Source of the DNA: Bacillaceae bacterium
GTDB taxonomy: Bacteria > Bacillota > Bacilli > JACDOE01
DNA: 64,000 nucleotides
Reading direction: 5' to 3'
Assembly (NCBI GenBank): GCA_017656255.1
Contig: JACDOE010000002.1
Span: 4,033-68,032 of the forward strand
In this document: piece after piece, positions 19,009-27,273 of the stretch
Layout: the number at the start of each line of letters is the position of its first letter
Numbering within the stretch: the first letter of the stretch is position 1
The notes under the pieces: generated by a model
What the model saw: only the letters and a program-made list of their open reading frames with translations
Told to the model about the DNA's origin: nothing
The model's database searches: none
Translations under genes and position numbers: made by a program

Positions 19009-21366
19009 ATGATACGAACAGGCGTTAGGTGGCTAGAATCCGAAACTCGCAAAATATTTAATGCAACCAAAAAATCAGACGAATTATTGGCATATCTTGA
19101 TTCACTTTTATTTCATAAAAAAGTGGCTACTGGAAGTGCTGAATCATTTGAATCTGGTCGAAAGCAGGGCAGAATGACGTATTATAAAGAAAATAAAAGA
19201 TTCATTGTAGCCGCACCTAGAAAAAAAGGAGATTACATACATGTCGTCCTAACAATCCAAACTATCAGCAGAGCTGAAATGGAGGAACAGGGATTTAAAT
19301 TGGGAAACCAACATGATATTTATCTCTATAATAAAGAAGAAATAGAAAGGTTTGTCGATTTTTTAAATTTTAAACTAAACCGGGGACGACAATTAAAATT
19401 ATCATCACTGGTGTTGAAAGAATGGATTAAGAGATACATACAAGATGAAGATAGTCGTAAACGATATAAACAAGTTAATAAATCCAGATTTACAACACTT
19501 GAACATTTTAAAATTTATCTTGAACAGTTAAAATCCGGTGACCTGTCGCTATTAGAATTTAAAAAGAACATTGACCAGTTATTTAAAACAAAACATGAAA
19601 TAGCCGGCGAAAAAATCAACATATGGGGATTCAGCGGCTTTTCAGGTCAAATGTTTTTCAACCAAATCTGTAATCAGGTTGAACATGCCGGAATGATGGA
19701 TGAATTAACCAATGCTTTTCTTGAGGCAATTGAATTACCTGAACAAATCAACCATGATTTCAGCTGGGTCAAACATAAATTTCAAACCTTTATTGAAATC
19801 ATTAAAATATCGGCTAAAAAAGCCATTGAGAACGGGTTTCCCCCACAAAAATGTGCCAAAGTTAAATTTTCAACATTTTTCTTAAGTTTTTTCTGGGGGA
19901 TTCAGGATCTTTATCATATCCCGATTTATTATCGGTCTTCCAGAGATGCACTGGAGTATCTAGAGTATCCACTTAATCAAAACACTAAACATTTTGATGG
20001 AACCAATTACATATATTTTGCAGAACGTATGAACGAAGTTTCTGACGAAGTATCCACTTATTTGCCTGATGACAATACATTTAACATGTTAGAGCTGGAA
20101 CATTTTCTTCATTATGTAAAACAAAAAGTTGAGGAACAAAAGCAAAGTCAGGATGAAATTTACACTCTTTCAGATGATTTGTTTGCAGAGAGAATCAAGA
20201 ATACATTTATTGATATAGGAATCGTGATCGATGAGATGTCCAGCTCAATGGGTGAAGAGACGGATTTACCCGAGAGCCATCATGGCCAGGAGGTATGGCG
20301 GTTTTCGGGGAAGACAAACAAAGATGCCATGGTTTCTTATCTATTCTGCTGGGATAATCCGGATACGTATCTTTCCACCGTTTATGAAGAAGATGAAGAA
20401 GGTGCCTCCAAAAATATAGGGGAGATAGGCGGAGAAAATGAAGATGACTTCCTCCGCAATATGAAAAGATTTTTCATAGATCGTTTTAAGGAAAAAAAGC
20501 CCTATACACTTGAAGATGCGGTAGGGGAGACTTATATTGAAAAGAAATTGCTGGAAGAATGGCTGGAGCTTTTAAGTGAAAACAAGCAAATTATTTTTTA
20601 TGGTCCGCCCGGAACGGGTAAAACCCTTGTTGCCAAAAAACTGGCAAAAATACTGGCACAGCACGAAAACAGAACACGATTTATCCAATTTCACCCTTCT
20701 TACACCTATGAAGAATTTATAGAGGGACTGCGTCCTGAACTGGTTAAGACGGATCAGGGGACTTCCCAGTTATCCGTTAAAGTAAAACCCGGTATTTTTA
20801 AATCCTTATGTAAAGAAGCTTCAAAACCGGAAAATAAGTATGATTCCTATGTTTTAATTATCGATGAGATTAATCGCGCAAACACAGCTAAAGTATTTGG
20901 AGAATTGTTATATGCGCTGGAATACCGTGATACGCCGGTCCCTCTTCCTTACTCGAATGAAGATAAATTAATCGTTCCTTCAAATGTGTATCTGATTGGA
21001 ACCATGAATACGACTGACCGGTCCCTGGCCCATATAGATTTTGCTTTACGTCGCCGGTTTCAATTTATCCCCTTTTTTCCAGAGCAAACCGAACACGTCT
21101 TAAAATCATATCTGGATAAACATCAACCGGAAATGTCATGGGTCTTTGATCTTGTTAAATACGTTAATCAAAAAATAGAAGATCCCCATTATGCGATCGG
21201 ACACAGTTACTTTATGGGCCAGGAATTAACTGAAGAGAAGTTGGAACGAATATGGAAGTATCAGATTATACCTTATCTTGAAGAATGCTTTGTTCATCAG
21301 CCTGATAAAATAGAAGAATTTAAACTGGAAACGTTATTGGAAAATGGGGAGTTCAGGCATGACTAG
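19009..21366 (+). CDS. McrB-like AAA+ GTPase with long N-terminal putative DNA-recognition region
   Basis: The C-terminal 260 aa carry Walker A GPPGTGKT and the McrB signature IDEINRANTAKVFGELLYALEYR. The N-terminal 520 aa are unassigned. Confidence 0.75.
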   Translation: MIRTGVRWLESETRKIFNATKKSDELLAYLDSLLFHKKVATGSAESFESGRKQGRMTYYKENKRFIVAAPRKKGDYIHVVLTIQTISRAEMEEQGFKLGNQHDIYLYNKEEIERFVDFLNFKLNRGRQLKLSSLVLKEWIKRYIQDEDSRKRYKQVNKSRFTTLEHFKIYLEQLKSGDLSLLEFKKNIDQLFKTKHEIAGEKINIWGFSGFSGQMFFNQICNQVEHAGMMDELTNAFLEAIELPEQINHDFSWVKHKFQTFIEIIKISAKKAIENGFPPQKCAKVKFSTFFLSFFWGIQDLYHIPIYYRSSRDALEYLEYPLNQNTKHFDGTNYIYFAERMNEVSDEVSTYLPDDNTFNMLELEHFLHYVKQKVEEQKQSQDEIYTLSDDLFAERIKNTFIDIGIVIDEMSSSMGEETDLPESHHGQEVWRFSGKTNKDAMVSYLFCWDNPDTYLSTVYEEDEEGASKNIGEIGGENEDDFLRNMKRFFIDRFKEKKPYTLEDAVGETYIEKKLLEEWLELLSENKQIIFYGPPGTGKTLVAKKLAKILAQHENRTRFIQFHPSYTYEEFIEGLRPELVKTDQGTSQLSVKVKPGIFKSLCKEASKPENKYDSYVLIIDEINRANTAKVFGELLYALEYRDTPVPLPYSNEDKLIVPSNVYLIGTMNTTDRSLAHIDFALRRRFQFIPFFPEQTEHVLKSYLDKHQPEMSWVFDLVKYVNQKIEDPHYAIGHSYFMGQELTEEKLERIWKYQIIPYLEECFVHQPDKIEEFKLETLLENGEFRHD

Positions 21367-22579
21367 GCGACAGTGGTACCGGATCAAGGAATATCAAACA
21401 CGGCAAGGGGTTCAACTGTCTGAACAGAGTGTCCAGTTGTTACACAATCATTTTCGTCAAGTGGTCAAAGTAAGAAAAGCAGCGGATGGCTCCTGGGACA
21501 TAAAGGCCAATTCGATCGTGGGCCACATTAACTTACCAGACGCCATCATTCAAATTGAACCCAAAATCCCCATACAAACATTGTGGGAATGGATGGCGTG
21601 GGCGTATGATTTAAAGTCCCTGGAAATCTATCCATCCATGTCACCGTTCCAGCATCATGTTGGTGATCAAGAATGGCTGGTCAAAATCTTTTTATATGAA
21701 TGTGAAAAGATATATTCACAGGGGATTTACAAGGGATATGTGACGCGTGAAGAGGCCCTGGGGCATGTTCGGGGTCAATTAAATGCTTATCCGACCTTTC
21801 GTTTATGGCTTCAAAATGACTATCAATTTCTGTGCACCTTTGACGAATTGACATATGGGGTGACGGAAAATGAAATTATTTTCGCTGGCTTGCAGGACAT
21901 GAGCTCTAAAACTTTTCAAGATCCTGAGGTAAAGTCCCGGATTCATAAATTGATCCATGTATTTGGCGCTGAATTTTCTACCACACCGAAAAGATCGCCG
22001 CAGGAATGGATCGACATGATTGATAGTATCAAGATAACCCGACTCAATCACCATTACACCCGGGCGTTCCGTTTGTTGCGTTTATACTGGGAGGCTGCTG
22101 GACTTTCTTTTCAAAAGGGGAACATACAATGTCACAGTTTTTTGCTGGATATGAATGAGCTTTTTGAGCGCTACATTGCCAAAAGGTTGCAACATGAATT
22201 AAGTCCCTATCATGTGAATGTCATAGCCCAAAAGCAGGACTGGCTGGCAGTCGGAGGGCGCATTAAAATTGTTCCTGATCTAATCATCAAAGATGCGTCA
22301 GGTGACGAGATTGTTCTGGATACAAAGTATATCGGAAAAACCGAAGAGAGCTCCATCAACAGTCATATCTTCCAGATGCTTGCCTATTTAACTGCTCGGC
22401 AATCTAAAAAAGGCATTCTTCTTTACGTTTTTGGACCTGAACGGGAGGACGTGATTAAAAATACCGATATGGTTATATATCAATGGGGATTTATGGATAA
22501 TGAATTCAAGGAAGATGGCAAAGCGTTGACGGATAAGATTATGGGTCTGTTTAATAAACATTTATCTCATTCTAGTTAA
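21359..22579 (+). CDS. McrC-like PD-(D/E)xK nuclease subunit
   Basis: C-terminal VPDLIIKD...EIVLDTKY (PD...D/ExK). Overlaps the McrB-like gene. RBS GGGGAG lies upstream of the ATG at 21359; the ORF track begins at 21344. Confidence 0.7.
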   Translation: MTRRQWYRIKEYQTRQGVQLSEQSVQLLHNHFRQVVKVRKAADGSWDIKANSIVGHINLPDAIIQIEPKIPIQTLWEWMAWAYDLKSLEIYPSMSPFQHHVGDQEWLVKIFLYECEKIYSQGIYKGYVTREEALGHVRGQLNAYPTFRLWLQNDYQFLCTFDELTYGVTENEIIFAGLQDMSSKTFQDPEVKSRIHKLIHVFGAEFSTTPKRSPQEWIDMIDSIKITRLNHHYTRAFRLLRLYWEAAGLSFQKGNIQCHSFLLDMNELFERYIAKRLQHELSPYHVNVIAQKQDWLAVGGRIKIVPDLIIKDASGDEIVLDTKYIGKTEESSINSHIFQMLAYLTARQSKKGILLYVFGPEREDVIKNTDMVIYQWGFMDNEFKEDGKALTDKIMGLFNKHLSHSS

Positions 22580-22592
22580 GGAGGGGAAAAGA

Positions 22593-22829
22593 TTGTCCAC
22601 ACAAAGTGATGCCATTATAAAAGCTTTTGAAGAATTAGGAGGTACCAGGAGCATTAGAGAAATAGAGGATTGGGTTAACAGAAAGTATGGAGCCAAATGG
22701 AAGGATTTTAGTACGTTGATGGCTGATATGGTACCTGTGTCTCATGGTGGCAATACTTCTTCAACTGTACCCGAAGAAAAACGGGTTTTAGAAAGGGTTT
22801 CACGGGGCTATTATCGTTTGATAAAATGA
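22593..22829 (+). CDS. Stand-alone winged-helix protein (Mrr_N / HARE-HTH-like)
   Basis: 78 aa with a TTG start after RBS AAGGAGGGG. Pattern SIREIEDWV...RVSRGYYRL resembles the N-terminal wHTH of Mrr-type restriction enzymes. Confidence 0.45.
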   Translation: MSTQSDAIIKAFEELGGTRSIREIEDWVNRKYGAKWKDFSTLMADMVPVSHGGNTSSTVPEEKRVLERVSRGYYRLIK

Positions 22830-23341
22830 TTCACAAATTCGAATTAACATTTTCAAAAAATATATTAATTTCTCTTAATATATTCACAAATATGAAGCAC
22901 AATACTACCAATTGAGTTTGGTGATCTAGTTTCTTTCCACCATAAATTTTCAGTACTTAATGATTGAATGCATTTAACAACTTGGAGAGGTAATGATTGT
23001 ACATCCTGGCTTTTGAAATTTTAATAAATAGTTTCAAAGTTTCATTTGCCATTGACTCATTCCCCTATTTAACCAAGTTCTAATTTATTATTATATAGAA
23101 TAATTTGAGTTGCAGCTACTAACCACGCGTGCCTCCAAATCCTACAGGTATTTTTGCCATCAATCGCATCCATGCAACAAATATTAGAGATAACCTTTTT
23201 GATTTAAACTATTCATTATTGCAGAATCTTCATGGTATACTAATGTTACATATCCAACTGTATAAAGTCTTCTAACACGGCAACACTAATCCTAAAAACT
23301 TTTTAGGAGGTGAGGTCGTGGATAAAAAGGAGGGGAACGAT

Positions 23342-23494
23342 ATGCTCACTCCGGTTAAGCCTATTAACAAAGCCAAAAAAACAGGACTAACAAAGGATAA
23401 GAAGGAGCTTATGAAGAAATATCAGGGGTCTGCTTCTGCTCCGGTAGATTTGAATAAAATACGCCAGTGGTCAAAGAAGAATGAATCTCATTAA
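23342..23494 (+). CDS. Lys-rich 50-aa micro-ORF overlapping the PIN gene start
   Basis: Strong RBS AAAAGGAGGGG lies 6 nt upstream of the ATG. Product MLTPVKPINKAKKTGLTKDKKELMKKYQGSASAPVDLNKIRQWSKKNESH. Not in the ORF track because it is below the size cut-off. Confidence 0.3.
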   Translation: MLTPVKPINKAKKTGLTKDKKELMKKYQGSASAPVDLNKIRQWSKKNESH

Positions 23495-24041
23495 TTTCTC
23501 AGATAATTTCACAGGTTTTCATGAAGGCGAGGATATTTTAGTTGATACTGGAATATTACTTGCCTATTTTAATGAGTATGATGCGTATTATTCCACTGTT
23601 AAGGACCTGTTTGATAATCACATTTATGGAACCGATAGAACCCTGTTCCTTTATGTAAATCCAACTATCGTCAACGAGATTACCCATTTAGCCCAGGATC
23701 CTGTAAAAAGATATTTAAACGCATATCCTTCAGAACGGGATAAGTTTGATATGATTACCTTAATTAATTTGCAAAATAAGATAGCAAACGGAGTAAAGAA
23801 TTTAATTGAAAATGAAATCCTGTATGTGCTGGATGGAAACGAAGAAAGCGTGAAAAAACAGATTGAACTATACAAGACTTTAGGGTCTGCTGATGCTGTG
23901 AATGCATCTGTTGCTAATCTTTATGGGACAAGCTTCTTAACGGTAGATGCAAAACTGGCTTACAATCTAAAAAGCGTTGAAAATCAACTTCCTTACATCC
24001 AAAATGTATACTATACAACTTCTAGATACCGTGATTTCTAA
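23481..24041 (+). CDS. PIN-domain (VapC-like) protein
   Basis: Acidic residues sit in the positions expected of a PIN domain: ILVDTG near the N-terminus and LTVD near the C-terminus. 186 aa. Confidence 0.45.
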   Translation: MNLINFSDNFTGFHEGEDILVDTGILLAYFNEYDAYYSTVKDLFDNHIYGTDRTLFLYVNPTIVNEITHLAQDPVKRYLNAYPSERDKFDMITLINLQNKIANGVKNLIENEILYVLDGNEESVKKQIELYKTLGSADAVNASVANLYGTSFLTVDAKLAYNLKSVENQLPYIQNVYYTTSRYRDF

Positions 24042-24149
24042 AAGAAGTAGGAAAACCAAAAAAATAACGAACGAAGTGTTCCAGAAGGAACAGTCCCAAC
24101 TTCGTCAGGTTGAACAATCAGTTATACCTTTATTTAAATAACCTCGCCG

Positions 24150-24593
24150 TTATTTGAACAATTTTTCGTTAAACCATACTGTCAAAAGTGTAATAAATAC
24201 ACTAATAAACCCGGCATACACGTAAGCAGGAGTAAAAAAGATAAATATATCTTGAACGACATCATACGCCTTGGTTTGCAGTTCTGGAAATTCATAACTA
24301 CCGATTTCCCTAGAGCCTAACCAAAGAAGCAATATCCTTTCAAGAATCATTGGAATCAGAGATACCATAAAGGCAAATTTATATGGTTGACTGATCTGGC
24401 CATTCTTTTTAAAACTTATTGTTATGAACCCTAAAATAATATAAGGTATGACAATGAGCAATGTCCCAATGACTATTTCAACGTGGCCAAAATAAATTCT
24501 GGTGCCGAATCCAATACCGCTGATTATTCCATAGACTAACAAATACATAACCCAGCTTACAATAAAATATCCAGCCTTCTTTAGCATTTTCAA
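24150..24593 (-). CDS. Hypothetical integral membrane protein
   Basis: 147 aa with four predicted hydrophobic helices. Last gene of the AT-rich island. Confidence 0.5.
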   Translation of the reverse strand: MKMLKKAGYFIVSWVMYLLVYGIISGIGFGTRIYFGHVEIVIGTLLIVIPYIILGFITISFKKNGQISQPYKFAFMVSLIPMILERILLLWLGSREIGSYEFPELQTKAYDVVQDIFIFFTPAYVYAGFISVFITLLTVWFNEKLFK

Positions 24594-24907
24594 TCCCCCT
24601 TTGCAGGAATAAGAATAAGGGAGAAGCCACCTTATTCGTTTAGTTATGAGATCACTTTCTGTCTATAGTAACGTTTATAATTTCCATAACGTTTCTATGA
24701 GTTAGCAAAATTAATCCCCGATTGTAGTGTAGGTTACGGTTGAGCAATACAGCACAATCCAATCATGAAACAGCAAAGTTATTTCAAAATCACAAAATAA
24801 ATCTTGTTAACCCCCAAAAATTCCCCTATAATAAACCCAACAAAACTTTTCTTAACACTTAAGAAAATTATTGAAAAATCCAAACTAAAACCACAGGGAG
24901 AACCAAC

Positions 24908-26098
24908 ATGCTAACCGGAAACTACGAAATCATCAAATCCGTCAACATATCCCTCGTCCTTGACGCCCTGCGACACCACGAACAACTCTCACGATCCGAC
25001 ATCGCCAGACTGACCGGCCTCACCACCGGCACCATCACCAACATCGTCCACAAACTCATCGATCATGGCCTCGTCGAAGAAACCGGATCCAGCACCTCAT
25101 CCACCGGCGGAAGAAAACCCATCTTGCTCCGCCTTGCTGCCCGGGGCGCCTATGCCATCGGCATCGAAGTCACCACCACCGGCATCAAAGGCATGCTGGT
25201 CAACTTCCTGGCAGAACCCATACATACGCTTGAAAAACCGGGTGTCTTCCGCTACCAGCAGGGCCTATACTCCATCGCAGACCTCATCAAAGAACTGCAG
25301 CAACATCTGCCGGACGAACAGGACAAATTGCTCGGCGTCGGCATCAGCCTGCCGGGATGGGTCCATTTTGCCACCGGGAAAGTTCAGAATCTTCCCAACT
25401 TGCCGGGCTGGGAAAACGTCAACCTCAAGGATGATCTGGAGCAGGAGATCCGCCTCCCGGTGTTTATCGACAACGACGCCAATCTGGGCGCACTGGGCGA
25501 ATTATGGTTTGGCAAAGGCAGGATGTATCAACAGCTCATCTATATCCTGGTTGAAGACGGAATCGGCTCCGGTTTTGTGTTCAATCATCAGGTCTATCAC
25601 GGCAGGGGGTACACGGTCGGTGAACTGGGGCATATCCCCTTCGGCGGGAGTGATCAGCCCTGCTCCTGTGGCAACAGGGGATGCCTTGATGTCACCGCCT
25701 CAAACCGGGCCATGCTGAGAAACTATGCCACCCGGACGGGGGAAAACATCACCATCGAAGCATTGAACAGCCGTTTTCAACAGGGAGAGGAAGCCGCCCG
25801 TGCCGTCATGGAGGAATGCGCCGACAGGCTGGGCAGGGGCTGTGGAGCTCTGATCAACCTGTATGGACCCGAAGCGATCATCATCGGGGGAACCGTCGTC
25901 CATCAAAATCCCCATTTTCTGGATCTGGTCAAAGAGGCGACGCTCAAGTACGCCCTCCCCGTCATGTCCCGGGAGGTCCTGCTGACCGGGTCTCAATTAA
26001 AAGAACGCAGCGGTCTCTACGGCTGTGTCGCCCTCGTTTTTCAATCGACCCTGCAGCCCTATTCCCTGCAGTCGGTAGGCGGAACGCAATCAGGATAA
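24908..26098 (+). CDS. ROK-family transcriptional repressor (NagC/XylR-like)
   Basis: N-terminal wHTH (LSRSDIARLTGLTTGTITNIV), ROK sugar-kinase-like fold, and Zn motif CSCGNRGCLD. Confidence 0.8.
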   Translation: MLTGNYEIIKSVNISLVLDALRHHEQLSRSDIARLTGLTTGTITNIVHKLIDHGLVEETGSSTSSTGGRKPILLRLAARGAYAIGIEVTTTGIKGMLVNFLAEPIHTLEKPGVFRYQQGLYSIADLIKELQQHLPDEQDKLLGVGISLPGWVHFATGKVQNLPNLPGWENVNLKDDLEQEIRLPVFIDNDANLGALGELWFGKGRMYQQLIYILVEDGIGSGFVFNHQVYHGRGYTVGELGHIPFGGSDQPCSCGNRGCLDVTASNRAMLRNYATRTGENITIEALNSRFQQGEEAARAVMEECADRLGRGCGALINLYGPEAIIIGGTVVHQNPHFLDLVKEATLKYALPVMSREVLLTGSQLKERSGLYGCVALVFQSTLQPYSLQSVGGTQSG

Positions 26099-26148
26099 CC
26101 ATGGGGGAGCCCCCATTTTTAAAAATATACAGAAATGAGGGAGGAAGC

Positions 26149-27264
26149 GTGGCAGGTATCAAGTTTAACCATGTTTACAAACGGTATGACAATAGCGATC
26201 AATACGCGGTCAAGGATTTTCATCTGGAAATCGAGGACCGGGAATTTATTGTGTTTGTCGGGCCTTCCGGATGCGGAAAATCCACCACCCTGCGTATGAT
26301 CGCCGGACTGGAAGAAATCACGGAAGGGGAACTCTACATTGGGGACCGTCTGGTCAATGATGTGCCGCCCAAGGATCGGGATATCGCCATGGTGTTTCAA
26401 AGCTATGCCCTGTACCCGCACATGTCCGTTTATGATAACATGGCCTTCAGCCTCAAATTACGAAAGTTTTCCAAAAAAGAGATCGATAAACGCGTCCGGG
26501 AAGCGGCCAAAATACTGGAGATTGAGGAATACCTCGATCGTAAGCCAAGGGCATTGTCCGGGGGACAGAGACAACGTGTGGCCCTCGGTCGGGCCCTGGT
26601 CCGCGAGCCGAAGGTGTTCCTGCTCGATGAGCCATTGTCCAATCTGGACGCCAAATTGCGGGTGCAAATGCGGGCGGAAATCCTGAAGCTGTATGAACGG
26701 TTGCAGACCACTTTTATTTATGTGACGCACGATCAGACGGAAGCGATGACCATGGCCACCCGCATTGTCATTATGAAGGATGGCGTGATTCAGCAGATCG
26801 GCAGCCCGCAGGAGGTTTACGACAAACCGGATAACCGTTTTGTCGGCGGCTTCATCGGTTCTCCGGCGATGAACTTTATGAAAGGGGAAATCCGGGAAGA
26901 AGACGGCAACGTGGTGTTTAAAAATCAGGATATTGCCATTCAGGTGCCACAGGGGAAAGCCGGTCAGTTAAAGGATTCCGGTTATGTGAACCGGCCGGTT
27001 TATCTCGGAATTCGCCCGGAAGATATCCATGATGAGCCGGTGGTGCTGGAGACCTCACCGCAAACCCATTTCAGAGCCAGAGTCGACTTGATGGAATTGA
27101 CCGGGGCGGAGAAATTACTTCATTTGTCCGTGATGGATCAGAAGGTGGTGGCCCGGGTCGATTCCCGCTCTGCCATCCAATCGGGAGATATGGTGGAGCT
27201 GGCGATGGATCCCAACAAACTTCATTTTTTTGACGTGGAAACCGACCAGCGCATCGGGGGTTAG
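26149..27264 (+). CDS. msmX: Sugar ABC transporter ATP-binding protein (MsmX/MalK-like)
   Basis: Walker A GPSGCGKST, signature LSGGQRQR, Walker B LLDEPLSNLD, and a C-terminal TOBE domain. GTG start after RBS GAGGGAGG; the ORF-track extension to 25816 is spurious. Confidence 0.85.
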   Translation: MAGIKFNHVYKRYDNSDQYAVKDFHLEIEDREFIVFVGPSGCGKSTTLRMIAGLEEITEGELYIGDRLVNDVPPKDRDIAMVFQSYALYPHMSVYDNMAFSLKLRKFSKKEIDKRVREAAKILEIEEYLDRKPRALSGGQRQRVALGRALVREPKVFLLDEPLSNLDAKLRVQMRAEILKLYERLQTTFIYVTHDQTEAMTMATRIVIMKDGVIQQIGSPQEVYDKPDNRFVGGFIGSPAMNFMKGEIREEDGNVVFKNQDIAIQVPQGKAGQLKDSGYVNRPVYLGIRPEDIHDEPVVLETSPQTHFRARVDLMELTGAEKLLHLSVMDQKVVARVDSRSAIQSGDMVELAMDPNKLHFFDVETDQRIGG

Positions 27265-27273
27265 GAGGACATC

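Noticed and set aside
25065-25718. 217-aa plus-strand ORF in an alternative frame of the ROK regulator gene, and numerous 60-120-aa ORFs overlapping msmX, glcK, gap, cbi genes (e.g. 30306..31199, 55506..56390, 57038..57922, 32323..32952, 60414..60956, 61542..62081)
   Set aside because: All are embedded in or antisense to genes with clear family signatures. Their Pro/Arg/Ser-rich composition indicates chance open frames in high-GC sequence.
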